64,000 bases of DNA, taken from NCBI RefSeq assembly GCF_964204645.1, contig NC_134026.1, forward strand, positions 10,811,950-10,875,949, in the 5' to 3' direction. This DNA comes from Tubulanus polymorphus. Taxonomy: Eukaryota; Animalia; Nemertea. This document shows positions 13,913-26,376 of the stretch, one piece after another; positions within the stretch are counted from its first letter, which is position 1; the number at the start of each line of letters is the position of its first letter. A program made the translations under genes and the position numbers. A model generated the notes under the pieces. It did not search any database. It had not been told where the DNA came from and saw only the letters and a program-made list of their open reading frames with translations.

Positions 13913-15325
13913 TAGCCCACTTGGGACTTTAGTCCCAGCGGGCTATTGCGTTCACTTTTCGTCCGTCGTCCGTCCGTCCGTAGACGGAATCCAGTTATTT
14001 TGGGAAGTTTTGAAGACGCTTCAAGGTAACGTCTTGATATTTGGGTTACACATGTATCTACCCTAGACACATCTTCAGCCCAAAAACTGGCCCTGTCAGA
14101 ATCAAGATGGCCGACTGGCAGCCATTGTTGTTCGCCAAAATCAGCACTTTTTACACATTTTTGAACTTTTTGAGGGAAATTTTGAAGACGCTTTGATCAA
14201 TTACCTTGATCTTTCGGATATATGTGAATCCCCCCAGGGCCCATCAACATAACAAAAATTGGGTCGGTCGGACTCAAGATGGCCGTCCTATGACCTTTTT
14301 AGTGCCCAAAAATGTTAATTTTGGCCCGAATTCTGAGTCCTGTAGCTTCCTACTGGTTTGCCATTTCTCATTACAATTTGTGATGGGTGTTCTTTGGAAA
14401 GGGATGTTTTATACCTGAGACAGGTATTTTTCATCAGCCAATTATGATGCAACTGGCGGCCATCTTGGTGTAACCAGTACTCATTCGTAAGTGGGAAAAA
14501 GTTTTTCCACATTATATTGATACCTAAGCGTATTTTGATACCACAATCAATTAGAAAGTTGTAGCTCATAACGTGTTCTATGATTGTGGTGAGTTTCAAG
14601 GTAATTGGATTTCGTATATGGCCACCAGGGGGCGTTGAATAATACAATATCTTAGCATTTCTATATTATATTCGTACCTATGAATATTTTGTAACCACAA
14701 TCAATTGGAAAGTTGTAGCTCATGACATCATCTATGATTGTTGCGAGTTTTAAGGACATAAGTTTTTTTATATGGTCACCAGGGGGCGTTGAATAGTAGA
14801 ATAACTTAGTATTTCCTTATTATATTGGTACCTAGGCATATTTTGTTACCATGATCAATTGCAAAGTTGTAGTTCATGACATGTTCTATGATTGTGGTGA
14901 GTCTCAAGGTCATTGGGTTTTGAATATGGTCACCAGGGGGCGTTGAATAGTAGAATGACTTAGTATTTCCTTATTATATTGGTACTTAGGCATATTTTGT
15001 TACCATGATCAATTGCAAAGTTGTAGTTCATGACATGTTCTATGATTGTGGTGAGTTTCGAGGTCATTGGGTTTTGAATATGGTCACCAGGGGGCGTTGA
15101 ATAGTAGAATGACTTAGTATTTCCATATTAAATTGGTAACGAGGCATATTTTGTTATCACAATCAATTACAAAATCGTAGCTGCTGACATGTTCTATGAT
15201 TGTGGTGAGTTTAAGGTCATTGGTTTTTGTAAATGGTCACCAGGGGACGTTGAATATTGAAATTGTTAGATTGTTGAGCATTTGAAACCACTTCCCAAGT
15301 GGGCATGGTGTCCCTGGACCCCTAG
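13913..15325 (+). mobile_element. Full-length HINE (non-autonomous Helentron, DINE-1/Pearl-like) with ~5 x 154-bp internal repeats
   Basis: 5' subTIR gcccacttggga plus partial IR gtcccagcgggc, then (GTCC)n. Array markers at 14627, 14781, 14935, 15089 and 15242. 3' subTIR tcccaagtgggc, a short palindrome and CTAG; T-rich flanks. Confidence 0.85.
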
Positions 15326-16161
15326 TTCCACGCTGTGTGGATTGGGCTTTAAAGACCTGACTACCACTACAATTTGAGAGTAGTTACTACTCCTTTAAAG
15401 CCTCAATTACTTTCAAAATTATCAAAATACTCTCAAAATCAGAATGGTTTCTAGTTCATTTTCAATTGCATTTTTCAAGCCAAATTACCTCCATTAGTGC
15501 TGAATGCTGCTCGGAAGCGGAAATACATGTACCAAGTACTCTGGTCTGATGTTTAGATACAGGGGAATATCGGGCGTAAAGTGATTTTGGTGTTAAAATG
15601 AGTGGCGTTTCAACAAGCTCTGACTATAATATGATTACTTAATCAAAAGTAATTTGTATTGATGGGGCAGGACTGCCATTGAATCGGGCTTTGTTTTGGA
15701 TGTAACAGTTACTTGTGAGGCTTAAGAGTGCATTGTGCTTCCATCAGGAATGCCTCATGTGGGTCTAGTGGGTTTGAGCCCGCTGAAGTCCCAGTGGGTT
15801 ATTGCTTTCACATTTTGTCCGTTGCCTGTCCATCCATAGCCAGAATCCAGTTTTTGGGAATTCTGAAGACAATACAATGTATTTTCGTGATATTTGGTTT
15901 ATACATGTATCTATCATAGACAGATTTGCAGCCAAAAACAGGCCTGATCAATTTCAAAATGGCCGACTGGTGGCCATAGTTGTTCTATGGCAGCACTTTT
16001 AAAAGGTATTTTGTTTTCCAGGGAATTTTTGAAGATAATACCAATTTATTGGAAAGGAAAAAAGCGCTATAGAAATTGAATTACTATTACTATTACTAAT
16101 ATTGGTACATATGCATATTGTGTTTACAACCACAATCAACTGCAAATTTTTAGCTCATGAC

Positions 16162-19100
16162 ATTTCCGTCGAGTACAGTACCATTTCCTATGGTTTTTGC
16201 CAATATTTTCTAAATTTGGATTGATCGCCAATGGTTTTTCTGTACGACCCGGCCCTGCGGTATTGCATTTAGCCACTGACGAAATCCGCCATCTTTTTTC
16301 TTCGTGTTCTTGCATATGAACGCGTTGGATTTTTCACACAAAAATTAAGGGATTCAGGAAGTTAAGGGAGTTATCACTCTCGTAATGGTGAGTCCGTTCG
16401 GTTTGGGGGCTATCCCTTGTTTCTTTCTTTCCCGAAATGATTTAACTAATTTAATTTAATTTAGTTTAATCTAATTCATTATTGTTGATCGATTAATTGA
16501 ATAATTATGCCGCCCCCTCCTAAAGGTCAGCATCATGGCGGTGAGGGATGTTATTCGGTGCCTGGGACGACCACGTTTCGTGTACGTCATGTAGGCGTTA
16601 ATTGGGGCAAATCTGCTCCAGGAATACTCCTTGCAAATCTTGCGAGGGTTGGTCTGAGGACCTTTGGATTCGGGCTGATAAGGCTCGGAAACTGAAAGAT
16701 CGTTGTCGCGTTAATAGTAGAGATTCATTGGTTTCGGCCAACATGCCCACCGACGTCTCTAATTCTATTTCAAATCGTATAGCGGAGCGGTCTCCGATCG
16801 TACTTGCACGGGTTTCCCAACTCCGTTCACCGGGGAGGAACGAAAATTCCTGACTCAGAAGGATTTCCGTGTATTCAAAGACAAAATTTTTAAACTTATC
16901 GTCGCCGCAACAAGTCGTTACTACAACTTCTACAACAGGCAAGCCTATTCCTGATTGTCGGTTAGAAGTTCGCCAGCTCACTCAGTTATTCGGAATTCTG
17001 ACTCTGAATTCTTGGATGCTGGGGTAGGGTCTGATTTCAGTGAGGATCCGGTCCCAGAAGCGGCAATTCCTTGTAGAGTCGTTCCTGCCGCAAGCAATTT
17101 TGGGTTGCCCCATACAATAGGGACTTCCCTGGCTCGCAACAAATATATGTCCCGTTCAGTTTTATCCGAACCCGCAGGAGACATGCCATTTAGAGCAATG
17201 ATTAGTGAGTTTTTTGTCAAACACGGGGCAACTCGCGCTAAGCCCACAGCAGCTCCTCTGGTCGGTGAGTCAATGGAAGCTTATCGCCCTCCAGACACGG
17301 ATCTTAATGTTTTACGCGAATCGTCAGCGGTTTCAAGAGAATGGGCTAGATTAGATACTCAATTTTGAGGTGAATGTCGGACCGGAACGTTTTCGTTTCC
17401 CCCTCCAGAACGGGGTATGAAATCTGGAAAATATTTCAGTTCAACCGTTCCGCCTATAGGCGCATTTCGCCCAGATACTGGTTCAGCACAGTTGGGTATT
17501 CGTTTGCCTAAGTAAGGTTTGGTGGCCATGCGGTCAATCCTGGACAATCATACCAGAGTTGGTTCGTTTCAGGATATGGCACTTAAGAAGGGGGCTCCGA
17601 CCCAGAGTCAGTTGCCCTAAAACTAGAGGGAATGGACCGGATTATCCAATCTTTGGCTCGGTCTCTTTCACATGTAATTCCGTTGTCAGTTTGGGGTCAG
17701 GCTAATCTTGTGTTAGCCTCCCGTCAGTCAGTTATGGACTCCAGTTCCAAAGCTCGTCTACCAGATATGGTGTCCAATCCATTTCTGCAAGCTCCATTGG
17801 GGACAGCTTCACGTCTCTTCTCAGGTTGGTGTTTCCGCTGAGCTGAGGAAGATGCGGGAGGTCCAGACCACGTTCACCGTCCGAACTCCGTGGAAAAAGC
17901 GTTTGGGTCTGGCGCCGACAGCGCAAGGTTCAGCACAGACTCAAACGGAACCAAACTACAACGCTTTCTCAGGTGGCTACAGATGCCGGTTGGAGAACTT
18001 TTCGGAACAGGCTGCCTCTTTTATTGCTGGATCTAAGCAGCCATCGACAAGTACCATTTACGATGCCAAATGGGGTTATTTTGCAGATTGGTTTGCTGCA
18101 GGGGAAATTGATCCATGCTCACCCTATGTAGCTCAATTGGAAATTTTTTACTGCATCTATTTGTAGTAAAAGGTTATAACTTTTAAAGTTTACCGCTCTG
18201 CGATGTACCATACATTACGTGGTTCTCGATGGCCAAATGTAACAGCGGATCATCGGATATCCCAGCTTGTTGCAGGGTTTTCTGTTTCCCGGCCTCGGGT
18301 ACCGAGGATATTTCCACCATGTAATCTGTCATTAATTTTGAAGAAGTTAATGTAGGCTCCATTTGAACCTCTTTCCGCAGCGTCATTTGCGAATTTGTCA
18401 AAAAAGACTATTCTGACTGTTCTTGGCTTGCTCGGCCCGTCGTTCTGAGATTCATGCACTTTCAGTTCGACAAGGTCACATTGTCTTTGGGCCAGCAAAG
18501 GAATTTGTTTTGCTGCGGCCTGCTTTGAAGTTTTTGGCAAAGAACCAATGGCCAGGCTTGGTCGGTCGTCAATGGCGAATTGAAGCCCTAAAACATCGAG
18601 TGGAACTGGGTCTTCCGGAGAGGACGTTATGTCCTGTATGGTCGTTGTGTTCTATTTAGATCGCTCTGCTCCACGAAGGGGTATGCGGGAGCGGTTATTT
18701 ATTCCGCTGTTGGATCACCTGTAGGGTGATATTTCTCGGGACACAGTGGCCCGATGTGTCTCTTCCCTGATCAATGACATCTTATTGAAAGAGAATCTTT
18801 CCTTGGAGGGAGTTGTTCCTCATCAAGTGAGGTGAAGTCTGTCGGGCCACCTTTTGAATTCTCCATCAACATTCACATCCTTTTATTTACGGGATGTTTC
18901 ATCAGGCTCATAAGCGTTGCTCGGTCCTGTTGTTATGGCTCAAGGTGTCCGTTCTTTCGGATCGGACTCTAGCGTAGAATTTTTATGTTTGCATTATCAG
19001 GATCACGAGGGTTGTATCCATGTACATAGTTTGAGCTCATGTTTGCAAGTAATAATTTCGCAAAATTCCTCGAGCTGGACAGACTCATTGCAGCCAACCG

Positions 19101-19533
19101 GTCTTCCCTGTGCTCCAGTGCTCCATCCCGTGCTTGGGTTAGTGCTCTCTTTTTTCCCTCTTACCTTGCGCTTGAGCGGTGGTTTTTCTATCTACCTTTC
19201 CCCCACCATCCTTGTGCTAGGCTAGTCTAGCAAAAACCATAAGGGTACAAGGGGTACAGTACTCTAGTACTTTTTGGAACTAAAATTTGTATCTCCGAGT
19301 AGTACTTACCTTTTCTTATGCTGGGAATCCCGCCCACCTGCCCCGCATAGCTGCATTTTTGGGTCTGCGTTGGCGAAAAAAGATGGCAGATTTTGCTGGT
19401 GGCTAATTGCAATACCGCAGGGCCTGGTCGTATAGAAAAACCATTGGCGATCAATCCAAATTTAGAAAACATTGGCAAAAACCATATGAGAAGGTAAGTA
19501 CTACTCGGAAATACAAATTTAGTTCCAAAAATT
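16162..19533 (+). mobile_element. DIRS1-type YR retrotransposon, internally deleted (RT/RH/MT missing), ITRs and ICR retained
   Basis: ITRs at 16189-16300 and 19375-19486; ICR at 19230-19320 complementary to both ends. Decayed gag; YR remnants ARRSEIHAL, HQVR (18821) and TFTSFYLRDV. ATT at both junctions. Highly similar to the copy at 59548. Confidence 0.9.
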
Positions 19534-19782
19534 GTAATATTCCATGATATTATGAGTCTAAATGCCATTGGTTTCTGTACGTGTTCACCAGGGGGTGTTG
19601 GATAGCGCATAGCATTGTATTTCCATATATATTGGTACCTATTTACAGGGAACAGGATACATATTGGTACATAAAACTATAATCGCGAAACTATAAACTA
19701 TTGCGAAATTGTAGCTTGTGACATGTTCTATGATAGTGGTAAGTTTTGAGCTCATTGTTCATCACCAAGCATTTGCCAAGTG

Positions 19783-20718
19783 CAGGGGCGGATCCAGGGG
19801 GATGGGTAGACAGTATTGGAAAGAAAATTAAGGGAACCTTTCTGATCTTAGGGCACACCCAGTATCCGGGTCAATGCAATCGTGGGGGGGGGGTGTTCTT
19901 TTTTTGAAATTTTGAAAATATGGTACCATTTAAAGGCTTTTAGAGGGCTTCTAGAGACTAGCAGAGCAATCCAGAATAAACGAATCCGAGACAAGATTTC
20001 AACAGATGCGGATAAAAATGAAGCTGGCGAACCCATGAAAGAATGGTTGTCGCCAACTTCAAGATCAACAATGAATTTCACAGAAGACACCCATGAAAAA
20101 CACTGGCATTGTTTTTTATATTTCCCTAGTGCCCCTATAACCTTTAAATGTGCTCCTTAACAATTATACAGAATACGGCTGTGCCCCTTCATTGTTAACA
20201 ATCGTCTTCACATTTATCCGTATGTCGTGTGCCGTATTCCAAACCAAAAGTGCCCCTAAAATTTGAAAAATTAGGCAAAAAAGTGCCTTTTTCTTCAGCA
20301 TTCACCGCGAATTAAAGCCTGAGCGTGCCCCTAGAAAAGGTAAAGTGCCCTTTTTTTCAACATTCTCCGCGTAAAGTGCCCTCTTCTAACGTACGAGTGC
20401 CCCTTTAGCCCTCCCTGAAAAGGCAAGGACAAGGTGCCCTCATCTAAAGCAAGAGTGCCCCTTGAAAAAGGAAAGTGCCCTTTTTAATCTATCATGATTA
20501 AAGGCCTTACAGGGTATATCAAATATGATTATCTCTCCTCACTTTCTCAGCAGCAGTATTTACCGATTAATTTTACAATTATGCCCGGATTAAGGACACG
20601 GAATTAGCGGTTGCTGAGATAATGCCGTCAAAAATATTGCCGGTGAAATTTCGAAGGGCACTAAAAAATTCTAGACCGTATTGGGCAATACGGCTAATAC
20701 GGTCTGGATCCGCCCCTG
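19783..20718. mobile_element. Non-autonomous DNA transposon (hAT-like) with 15-bp TIR and 5-bp TSD
   Basis: TIR CAGGGGCGGATCCAG / CTGGATCCGCCCCTG; TSD AAGTG; internal gtgccc repeats. Confidence 0.88.
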
Positions 20719-22816
20719 AAGTGGGCGTGGTGACCCATGAACCCCTTGTGCTAATTCCTTCAGATGGCCACATGATTGGAATATACATGTATTGTAAATT
20801 CAATTTCTATTATACTTCAGTTATTGAATTAATGTTGAATTTTCTGTTGCATTTCTCTACCTTGCATTGCCTAGTTGATAAAGGGGAATTGTGGATGGGG
20901 AGGTGGTCAAAGGTATCCCATGGTTCATAACCTTACATTTTGAGTAGCTGAACTTAGCATCTCTTGCTTTTGTATGATCGTACACCAAATGAAAGCTTGT
21001 ACTGTCGCTTTTTTATATGTATCAGCTCCATTCTGTATACGTAGGTTATTGGAACTAACAGCCATATATTTTTTAACTCCGGTGACATAGTCATCTAAGC
21101 TAAAAACATGATTCATATCGTAGAGCCCTAAAATCAATCAAAAGAAGTCCAATCCTATACTTATTTACATATAATTAAAAACCTTTAGTCACATTCTTTA
21201 AGCCAAGAAATCATTTCACGACGTCTTTCTGCATTTTCAGGATCAACTGCGTTGATCCTTTATAGAATGGTCCTGAGAGTAACTTTCTGTTAGCTCTTGG
21301 TGGCACAAATTGTAACCACTGGATAAACACAGCTGATATTTTGTCAATAGGAGGGAGATAAGGGTTGGAATTAATGTGGAGACTCGTCAATCGGCGCTTA
21401 GCCGTTTGGCTTACTTTACTTGGAGGAAATGTGCAAAATTGCAATGAATATTTCCCCATTCTACTAATTGATGCTTGACCTTGTTGTTTCTTGATGATGA
21501 TGATATCACTTGGAAATCCCTCTAGAAGAGCTTTCCTAGTGACGTCCTTGATCAAGATGATCAAGAACCTACCATGTGCTAGAGAGAACAAATAGATAGT
21601 GCTCAAAACTAAAATGTACTCAGTTGATTTCATACTTTCAATAGATGATGTTATTAAGTAGAGAAAAATCTTGCATGCATGTTAATCAATAAACAGATGA
21701 CTACATAACTTGGTATAAACAGGCACCTTGTCATCGTTGTACCTGTTAATCTTTCTAAATCATCATTGCGACTCGGTAAAGCCATATATCACTGAAATTT
21801 TAGCCTTAGTCGAGTAACCCCTTCTAGTTGGTACAGCTTGACATTCATAAACTTTAATGAAGTATAAATATTCATAGGGAAAAAAATTTACCTGAAGTAT
21901 TTGTTCCTGCCACATCGACCATCAACGTTGGTTAAAAATGGAAATAAAAATTATTTATCGGCTAATTATTCAATCCAATCCAAAAAGCACTCTAGCAGGG
22001 ATCCCAGAGTTTGCGGATCAGCAGAAATCAGCTTTTTTGCTGGCGATTTTGTAGTCTCTGAGATCAATGTAAATTTGATGTAAAAATAAAGGGGGGGGGG
22101 GTAGGGTGAGCTCTTCCAATTCGCTTGCATCGTTATTTTTAGTGATGATGGCTACAGAATGATGATGCTCACTTTGTGCCGCAATGCTATCATTAGTGCG
22201 ATCGTTGTTCTATCCTTAGCATTCAAAAAATTAATAGTGCACTATAGAAGGCGAGGTGGTGTGAAAGCGGATAGTGGCGCCGTACGGTTAAGAAGATACA
22301 CATGCGTTTAGACAGGCAACCAGTCTGGACTCAGAATATGACAGGCAACCAGTCCATTAGCTGTTAGCACAGTCGTTCTCCACTAGTCTTCCATTTACAC
22401 TATTTCACAGAATTTACCGCATTATCCGGATTCATATCCGGACGTGATAGTAGAGTCTTCCCCTAGTGTTCTCATTCAACGTTGATGGGACTCGAACCAT
22501 ATTATTTTTCACGAGACTAATGCCAGAATCAACATGGCGGCCCCATGGTGCGACGTGTTAGATAAAAAAGCCGGTAAAAATTCTCTAGCTTTGAGGGGGT
22601 ACGCCCCGCTCGAGCTTTCCCCGCTCGCGCCTAGGGTGCTTTGCCATGATACTGACTTGTTCAATTTTCTACTTCTTATTTTTTTGTGATATCTGAAATT
22701 TCTGCGGATTTGCTGAAGACCCTCTAGGGTACACATTCAATTTATAACACCAGTACCAAAGCTTCAACACCCCATGGGCTTCTGGTTAAATCTTTCTGAA
22801 TGTTCAAATATTTTAG

Positions 22817-23143
22817 GTGTGAAAGAAGTCCCGCGGTTGTTGGAAAGTGAGGTTTACCCAGCAACGGTGTGGGAAACTGTATTGAATCGAATTAGTTCAG
22901 AAGAACTTTGGAAACTGATGAAACTATTAACTCATGACATTTCTCCAAGAAATATTGAAGCAGTAAAGACTGATAGGATATGTCTGAGATCACTTCTCGC
23001 CCATTGCCTTGAAGTCTCAGCTGATAGGATTTGGGGTCAAAAATTGTGCATCTTCCTTCTGCGACATGGCTCAAGATATCAAAACATGGCTGTTGGATCT
23101 TCATCTGGCCTTCTAATGGCATTGAAAATTGGTATCGGATGTG
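22817..23143 (+). CDS. TRANK1: Exon 4, helical/ankyrin-like (VKEVPRLL...LKIGIGC)
   Basis: ttttag| acceptor, G|gtaagt donor; open frame; phase 1-1. Confidence 0.8.
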
Positions 23144-23231
23144 GTAAGTTGTCCTCAGATCGAATGGAAGAAGTGTATGAATATCCTGTATGAATGAAAT
23201 AAAACTTAAAATGATATGCATGTATTTTTAG

Positions 23232-23507
23232 GTAACTTTGAATTGTTGAAGTACCTTTTTGGAAATTATGCAATTGAAGGCCACATGCGAAATAGTGTAC
23301 AAGATGATCAAGGAAACACTCTCATTCATTATTTGTGTAAGACATGCCAGAAAGATGGCACCGCTGAAGAGGCAGCATTACGATTGTTGCTCAACTATGA
23401 TCTGGATCCTATGATTCTCAACAAGGAGAAAAAACTGGCAATTGACTATGTTCATAAAGATATGCAACTTTATAAGATTTTGAATGATAAACAGCAAAAA
23501 ATTCGTG
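23232..23507 (+). CDS. TRANK1: Exon 5, ankyrin repeats (GNFELL...QDDQGNTLIHYLC...DPMILNKEKKLAIDY)
   Basis: tttttag| acceptor, G|gtaggt donor; ankyrin motif DxxGNTxxH; phase 1-1. Confidence 0.88.
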
Positions 23508-23629
23508 GTAGGTTAACTTAAATTCATATTTAGCTTAGGAGAATTATCAGCTGATAATACTTGTTTTTGATCAGGGGAAATTTGTTCCTTTATTTTTCTA
23601 GGATATTTTTTAAATTTTAACCATTTCAG

Positions 23630-23880
23630 GTCAAATCACAGCAGAAATTGAGACTATTAAAATGACAGGAAATATTGCATATAAAAATGAAGACTATGTG
23701 AAAGCAATTGCATTCTACAGTGAAGGAATTCAAAAAGTTCAAAAGATTAGAGACTTTGATCCTCAACAGCGGGCTATCCTTTACAACAATCGAGCTGCAG
23801 CACTGATTGCTCTGCAAAGATACCCAGAGGCTTACAAGGATGCGCAGACAAGTGTTACCATCGATAGTAACTATGCTAAT
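23630..23880 (+). CDS. TRANK1: Exon 6, second TPR cluster (KMTGNIAYKNEDYVKAIAFYSEGI...LYNNRAAA)
   Basis: tttcag| acceptor, AAT|gtatgt donor; TPR consensus; phase 1-0. Confidence 0.9.
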
Positions 23881-23905
23881 GTATGTTAAAGTAGATGTTG
23901 CTATT

Positions 23906-24062
23906 TAGCCCACTTGGGACTGTTATCTAGTCCAATTTGGTCTGGGTGGACTACTGCGTTCAATCTTCCTCCATCGTCCATCTGTGCGATAGAATCCATT
24001 TATTTTGGGAATACGCTTCAACAGATTGTCTTAATATTTAGTTAATGCAGATAGTAGCTACC

Positions 24063-24129
<67 letters not shown>

Positions 24130-24271
24130 GTTTATATGTTCTTTGATTGTGGTGAGTTTCAAGGTCATTGGTTTTGTATATGGTCACCAGGGGCATTGAA
24201 TATTGAAATTGTTAGATTGTTGAGCATTTTAAACCGCTTCCCAAGTGGGCATGGTGTCCCTGGACCCATAG
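23906..24271 (+). mobile_element. Internally deleted HINE containing a (TA)n tract (~24063-24126)
   Basis: Both termini are present (tagcccacttgggac and cccaagtgggcatggtgtccctggacccatag). Confidence 0.8.
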
Positions 24272-25044
24272 TTATTCATTTTGATCATTTGATATTTCTG
24301 AGATCAGTGCAGATCCTTTGACCTGTAGGGGCGCCCTAGAGGATGGGGCCCATATTTTTCTTTGAATTCGACACTAGTCCTACAGTATTTTTTAGATCAT
24401 TAACAAATTAAGAATGGCTGTTCTGAGTTTAGTATGGATTTTTTTATAGGCCAACAGCAACTAAGTTGATATCCATTGAGATACTAAGTTACATAGCTAT
24501 TCTTGAATTTGATCCCTTAGGGATGCTCTAACAATGGGGCCATTTGATGAATAAAGAATAATGAAGTTTCCATAACACGATGAAGCTTTATCAGCCCACA
24601 GGCTGCTTGTTTTGTTTTATAATTGTAAAACAATCTGAAAATAAAACATGCTGTCGCACCATTTCTTATCAATTATGTGCGCTTGGTTACACTCAAATTT
24701 AGTCACAGTATTGAATAGAAATTAGAAATAATCTCTTATCCGAAATTTGTATGTGGTGATCTGTAAAGCCTTGTGTACATCGACAAAGCGACTGGAGACA
24801 ACTAGTTGCAGCAACTGCATGGCGCGTGTCGAGCAACTGTAACAATTGTATCCAGCCAGTTCCACTCATGCACCACAAACTGTCTTGTAACTATTGTCTC
24901 CAATTGCAGTTTCGATGTATGCTAAGCTTTAGGCACAATAAGCATGGATTTTTAGACCATGGAAATTGTGTACTATTTTGGTACAGATTATCGCTCTGGT
25001 ACTCTACACCTTTCAATGATTGTATTATATGTTTGTATATTCAG

Positions 25045-25201
25045 GGCTACAGGAAACTTGCTCGAATCTGTACGTTTCAAGGAAAATTTGACAAGGCTGC
25101 CGAATCCTTTGCTAACTGCTTTGAAAAGCTCAAAAATAAATCAACAAAAGATAGTTGCGATTTGCTTATTGGACTTACAAAGTGTACGGTGAAAATTTCA
25201 G
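25045..25201 (+). CDS. TRANK1: Exon 7 (GYRKLAR...TVKIS), end of TPR module 2
   Basis: attcag| acceptor, G|gtaatt donor; phase 0-1; parallels exon 3. Confidence 0.85.
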
Positions 25202-25803
25202 GTAATTTAGAAGCTTCTGCTAATTCACTGGATTAATGGTGACCATTTTGGTTTATTGTCCCCCGAATTGAAAGAGGGACTTAACGCTTTCCAGTCGTAT
25301 ACTGTATGGAAGACGGTATAAATCACATGAGCTTCTGACATATGTAGTATCTCATACAGTACATTCATTTCTACCTCTGGTCATCTAAGGAATCATGCAC
25401 TTGGCAAACAAGCTCCTGTTTCCAAGGTAAACCACTTTGCCCAAGGGCAATTTATTTAATTACTTGATGCACGGATCCTCTGAAATAATGCCAAAATGTT
25501 CATACTGAAGATAGGTATGCGATTCCATACATAATTTGAAAAAAAAATGTTTTCTTGATATTTTCTGTCCTTATTTTTGATCTTATTATCTGCAATAAGT
25601 CAGTTTTCTACCATCATTTGAAATCAATCCAATGCAACTTTCACTAATTTTCAGTTTTTCCAAACATTTTTGTAGAAAAAACTTGCAGAAAAAAGTTACA
25701 CACGTTCTCTCCCCCATTTAAAAACGTCGGTGATAGTTATAATTCATATTGTGTTTTTCCCAATCATCCTTACATTTCTAATGGTACAGCATAACTCGCT
25801 TAA

Positions 25804-26376
25804 TTGTCCCCTGAGCGGCAAATGAAAGTTTTCCTGGGGAGAGGATGTGCCCTATTGATTTTGGGGTCCAAAGGTCAAGGTCATTACAGTTCATTGATGT
25901 GAAACCTTGTGTATGCGACTTAAGATGAACCATTGATAGCAGGATAATGATATTCGATAGTAATATTACCCCTAGGTAGAGGATGTGCCCTATCTATTTT
26001 GGGGTCCAAAGGTCAAGGTCACTAGAGGTCATTCATGTGAAACCTTGTGAATGCGATTCAAGAAGAACCATTCATAGCAGGACAATGCTATATCATAGTT
26101 TGATTACTTACCTTAGGGAGAGGATGTGCCCTATTGATTTTGGGTTACCAAGGTCAAGGTCGGTAGAGATCATTTGCGCGTAATTGCGATTCAAGAAGAA
26201 CCATTGATAGCAGGACATTCCTGTTTCATAGTATGATTATACCCGGGAAGAGGATGTGCCGTACTGATTTTGGAGTTATAGGGTTGATTTTCAAGGTCAA
26301 GAAATCTTGGATATCAAAGATCAGGGTCTTCAGGGGTCGCAGGGGACGTAGATACGTAGTATCAAATTGCCTTGTT
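25804..26376 (+). mobile_element. Second HINE-like family with ~130-141-bp internal repeats carrying AGGTCAAGGTCA
   Basis: aggatgtgcc at 25842, 25980, 26121 and 26251; subTIR-like gtcccctg/caggggac; ends cttgtt. Confidence 0.65.

Larger units (their letters stand above)
15775..20750 (+). mobile_element. Old degenerate HINE split by the DIRS element (16162-19533) and a CAGGGG MITE (19783-20718)
   Basis: Diverged 5' part at 15775-16161, array remnants at 19534-19782, and 3' end gtgggcgtggtgacccatgaaccc at ~20721-20745. Confidence 0.7.

Noticed and set aside
21241-21340. Candidate extra TRANK1 exon after ttttcag at 21240
   Set aside because: The required phase gives an immediate TGA and all three frames stop quickly.
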